Assembly: GCA_051439605.1 (NCBI GenBank)
Contig: JBFRWN010000011.1
Location: forward strand, 1 to 28,775
Length of the DNA stretch: 28,775 nt
Reading direction: 5' to 3'
Origin: Synechococcus sp.
GTDB taxonomy: Bacteria > Cyanobacteriota > Cyanobacteriia > Thermostichales > PCC-7336
Shown one piece after another: positions 26,083-28,775 of this stretch. Within the stretch, counting starts at the first letter, position 1, and each line of letters opens with the position of its first letter. A program made the translations under genes and the position numbers. A model generated the notes under the pieces. It did no database searches and was not told the origin of the DNA. It saw only the letters and a program-made list of their open reading frames with translations.

Positions 26083-27465
26083 TTAGATCATGGTAACGAA
26101 TTCTTCGGCGGTGGAGGGGTGCAACGCCATAGTGCTGTCGAAATCCTGCTTACTGGCTCCCCTATTGAGGGCGATCGCCACTGCCTGAATAATTTCCGCT
26201 GCATCCTTCCCCACCATGTGTGCCCCGAGAACGCGTTCGGTTTGGCGATCGACCACCAGCTTCATGAGGGTCTTTTCGGTGGAACCCGTTAGATTTTGAT
26301 AGAGGGGACGAAACGTCGATTGATAAACCTTGATGTTTTCCTTACCCAGTTGGGCTTCAGCTTCAGCCTGGGTTTGACCGACAGTGGCAACTTCTGGCTG
26401 GCTGAATACAGCGGTGGGGATGTTGTGGTAGTTCACCTGGCGAGGGCGATCTCCAAACACTGTTTCTGCAAAGGCACGCCCTTCGTCGATTGCCACAGGG
26501 GTAAGGTTCACCCGGTTGGTGACATCCCCCACCGCATAGATATGAGGTTGGTTGGTTTGGCTCCATTCGTTGACCCTCACCGCTCCCCTCGGGGAGATGT
26601 CCACATCGGCAGCTTCTAAATGCAAATCGGTGGTGTTGGGGATGCGGCCAGTGGCGAACAGAACAGTGGCATCCACCGCGATCCGGTCTGGGGCATTCTC
26701 TCCGTTCAGGAATAGCGTCGTTACGTCGCCTGCTTTCTCCATCCGCACCACCTGAGTCCCCGTCAAAATGGTGATGCCCCGCTGGCTCATAGACTCATGC
26801 AGGTGGGTGCGAATGTCGTCATCGAAGCGTTTGAGAATTTCTTTTCCCCGCACGATTAGGGTGACATCGGTTCCTAATCCGTTAAAGATTCCGGCGAATT
26901 CGACAGCAATGTAGCCGCCTCCAATAATGGCGAGGCGTTGAGGTTGTTCGGGAAGTTTAAAGACTTCTCGGGATGTGTGGCCATGTTCGATGCCAGGTAG
27001 CTTTGGGAGAATCGCTTCGCTGCCGGTGGCAATCAGAATGCATTCTGCGGTGAATTGGTGCTGGTTTAGAGCCGACTTTTCAAGGGCATTGCTGATGGCT
27101 ATCGTGTGCGGATCCACAAATGCTGCCTTGCCTCGAATCAGCTCTACCTTGGATTTGTCTAAAAAGCCTACGTGTAGCTGGCTGAGGCGATTGACCTCTG
27201 AGTCCACTATGTCTGTTAGTTTGCTCCAGTTGAAATGGGGCTTGACTGCATCCCAGCCGTAGCCTTCTGCATCTTCATAGATATGGGAGAATTTGGAGGC
27301 GTAGACCAATAGTTTTTTGGGGACGCATCCGCGCACAACACAGGTACCACCCACCAAATCGTTCTCGACGATCGCAACGCGGGCACCGTGGTGGGCAGCT
27401 CGTTTGGCGGCTGCCAGTCCACCTGAACCGGCTCCAATGACCAGTAAGTCATAGTCGTAGTTCAT
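26083..27465 (-). CDS. gor: Glutathione-disulfide reductase
   Basis: VIGAGSGG, GGTCVVRGCVPKK, GGGYIAVEFA, GDVTNRVNLTPVAI and HPSTAEEF; GGAGG RBS before ATG 27465. Confidence 0.96.
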   Translation of the reverse strand: MNYDYDLLVIGAGSGGLAAAKRAAHHGARVAIVENDLVGGTCVVRGCVPKKLLVYASKFSHIYEDAEGYGWDAVKPHFNWSKLTDIVDSEVNRLSQLHVGFLDKSKVELIRGKAAFVDPHTIAISNALEKSALNQHQFTAECILIATGSEAILPKLPGIEHGHTSREVFKLPEQPQRLAIIGGGYIAVEFAGIFNGLGTDVTLIVRGKEILKRFDDDIRTHLHESMSQRGITILTGTQVVRMEKAGDVTTLFLNGENAPDRIAVDATVLFATGRIPNTTDLHLEAADVDISPRGAVRVNEWSQTNQPHIYAVGDVTNRVNLTPVAIDEGRAFAETVFGDRPRQVNYHNIPTAVFSQPEVATVGQTQAEAEAQLGKENIKVYQSTFRPLYQNLTGSTEKTLMKLVVDRQTERVLGAHMVGKDAAEIIQAVAIALNRGASKQDFDSTMALHPSTAEEFVTMI

Positions 27466-27684
27466 GGTAGATACCTCCAGTAGTTGGTCGGTCTCATCGA
27501 AATGAGGGGTGAGCCTGACTGACCCTTTACCTTGGGGGGAGACCCCCACACAATGGGTTAACCCCCAAGATTGGCGATCGCGTAGATTGAGGGTCATCGC
27601 ACAACCAGGGGAGGCTGATTCCATGCTGGCAAGTTTTCAGAATGTCTGACATGGCGACCGGTTAAACCACTCAGGGTTGTTGGG

Positions 27685-27783
27685 TAGCGACCGTCAAGTC
27701 GCTGAGGACATTTCAGCTGCTCAGAACCCTAACTAGGCATAGATATAAGATCTATCCGTACGAACTGAAATGGCAAAGCTATA
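27685..27783. repeat. Dispersed repeat, MITE-like, copy 3 (inverted, more diverged)
   Basis: GCGACCGTCAAGTCGCTGAGGACATTT exactly matches the reverse complement of the copy 2 end; ends in GCAAAGCTATA; internal inverted repeat CATTTCAG/CTGAAATG. Confidence 0.72.
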
Positions 27784-27910
27784 ACTGTGACCTCCTAGCG
27801 ATCCGATCCCCTGAGTCCTCTGGGCGATCGCAAGCGTTTCACAGTACAGAAGCACACATATACCCAATGTGCCTCTACCATAACCTAGAAGTATAAACTT
27901 CCTCTCCCAT

Positions 27911-27942
27911 AAAAAAGTGGTAGGGCTGAGCTTCCTACCACT
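27911..27942 (-). terminator. Intrinsic terminator
   Basis: Minus strand AGTGGTAGG-9nt-CCTACCACT running into a T tract, about 50 nt downstream of the stop at 27993. Confidence 0.75.
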
Positions 27943-27992
27943 ATAAAAAAACGTTGCAAAGCTGTTGTTAAGTCATTTCCTGAGAGAAACTA

Positions 27993-28337
27993 TTACCTTA
28001 AGGTCTGTCCCATGAACTCGCGTCCTAAAAATGTACGTTTAGTGCCATCATCCTGCATTTCAACTTTGGCATCAAGAACATCGTAATCCCTACCCAGAAA
28101 ACGACCGTGATGAGTGGTACCCGCTGCATTTAGTTGGAAATTCTTGTTTCTAAATCTTCTGCCTAAGAATCTAGCACTGCCAACGATCGCTGCATCTTGG
28201 CGGACAGAAGGTGTTGAAACATTCCCTTCAATCTTTTCTAGACGTTGGGAAATATTAGCCAGTTGAAATTGTAGATTTTGAATTGTTTCGTTAAGCCGAT
28301 CGATAATACCTTGTTGAGAATGCGATGCACTCATCAT
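27993..28337 (-). CDS. Hypothetical protein with an N-terminal coiled coil and three FLGR motifs (possibly DUF4278-related)
   Basis: LNETIQNLQFQLANISQRLEKI heptads; ARFLGRRF, GRFLGRDY and RTFLGREF; followed by a terminator. Confidence 0.7.
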   Translation of the reverse strand: MMSASHSQQGIIDRLNETIQNLQFQLANISQRLEKIEGNVSTPSVRQDAAIVGSARFLGRRFRNKNFQLNAAGTTHHGRFLGRDYDVLDAKVEMQDDGTKRTFLGREFMGQTLR

Positions 28338-28666
28338 TCAGAACCTCATAGGGAATTTGCTTCAAAGAAAAAATGCAAATTAGCCACTTCAGCAAACAAA
28401 AAATAATAGTGATTAATATCTTTGGCTAAGATGTGCTGAGCTTATCACGGGCCCAAAGAAATGTCAGGATATGATAGCTAAAACTTAATCAAATGTATCG
28501 AGAGATACTACGCAGTGCTGCAAATCTACTCTCGATCATGCTTAGCTCTTGAAATGAGTCTCGTGCGAGAAATTGAATTTCTCTTGCACGAACCGGATTT
28601 GGCCTGTGTTTCTGTTGTTCGACAATCAAGTTTGCGGTTGGCCCCTCCAATCAAAGTCCCTAGCTT

Positions 28667-28775
28667 TCAACCTGCAGTTGAGGAATGATGTTGACAGCGT
28701 TCAGCAAATTCGCGAAAGAGCTGAATGTGTTTGGTTTCTTCTTGGGCAAAGCCCAGGAAAGCTTGAGAGGCTTCA
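28667..28775 (-). CDS. 3' end of a probable ferritin-like/diiron protein (partial, starts beyond the window)
   Basis: Minus strand EASQAFLGFAQEETKHIQLFREFAERCQHHSSTAG*, with an EExxH motif in an amphipathic helix. Confidence 0.45.
   Translation of the reverse strand, partial: EASQAFLGFAQEETKHIQLFREFAERCQHHSSTAG

Noticed and set aside
27531..27569. CTTGGGGG...CCCCCAAG hairpin upstream of gor as an ncRNA
   Set aside because: Single short inverted repeat with no other support.
27466..27624. 53-aa N-terminal extension of glutathione reductase
   Set aside because: A GGAGG RBS precedes the ATG at 27465, which matches the normal Gor N-terminus.
7985..27783. CRISPR array or tRNA interpretation of the dispersed repeat
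   Set aside because: Copies are kilobases apart, with no spacer periodicity, no cas genes and no cloverleaf.
1..28775. GCGATCGC over-representation as a novel repeat
   Set aside because: This is the well-known cyanobacterial HIP1 sequence.

Overview
Cyanobacterial chromosomal DNA, judged from frequent HIP1 GCGATCGC octamers, a pentapeptide-repeat protein and a PatA-type regulator. Housekeeping and redox genes include a LysR/pirin/YcaC/ABM-like/nitroreductase cluster, ilvE, a glutathionyl-hydroquinone reductase, tldD/tldE, an M50 peptidase, pgeF, a TrkA/KtrA subunit and gor. Accessory DNA is interleaved with them. The best candidate for an undescribed system is a minus-strand cluster of four secreted-protein genes at 10.5-12.9 kb. 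Two near-identical paralogues encode a 123-aa mature protein built from three gap-free aligned 42-aa Gln/Asn/Gly/Ser repeats with no Lys, Arg, Pro or Cys. They flank two small secreted proteins that each carry one Cys pair. This resembles a functional-amyloid or extracellular-fibre locus with a repeat unlike curli or Fap. The window also holds a ~95-bp dispersed MITE-like repeat in three copies, remnants of IS1, probable IS4-like and probable IS6-like elements, and two decayed genes (a metal-binding lipoprotein and an LCM-type methyltransferase). All family assignments are from motif recognition by eye; no database searches were run.
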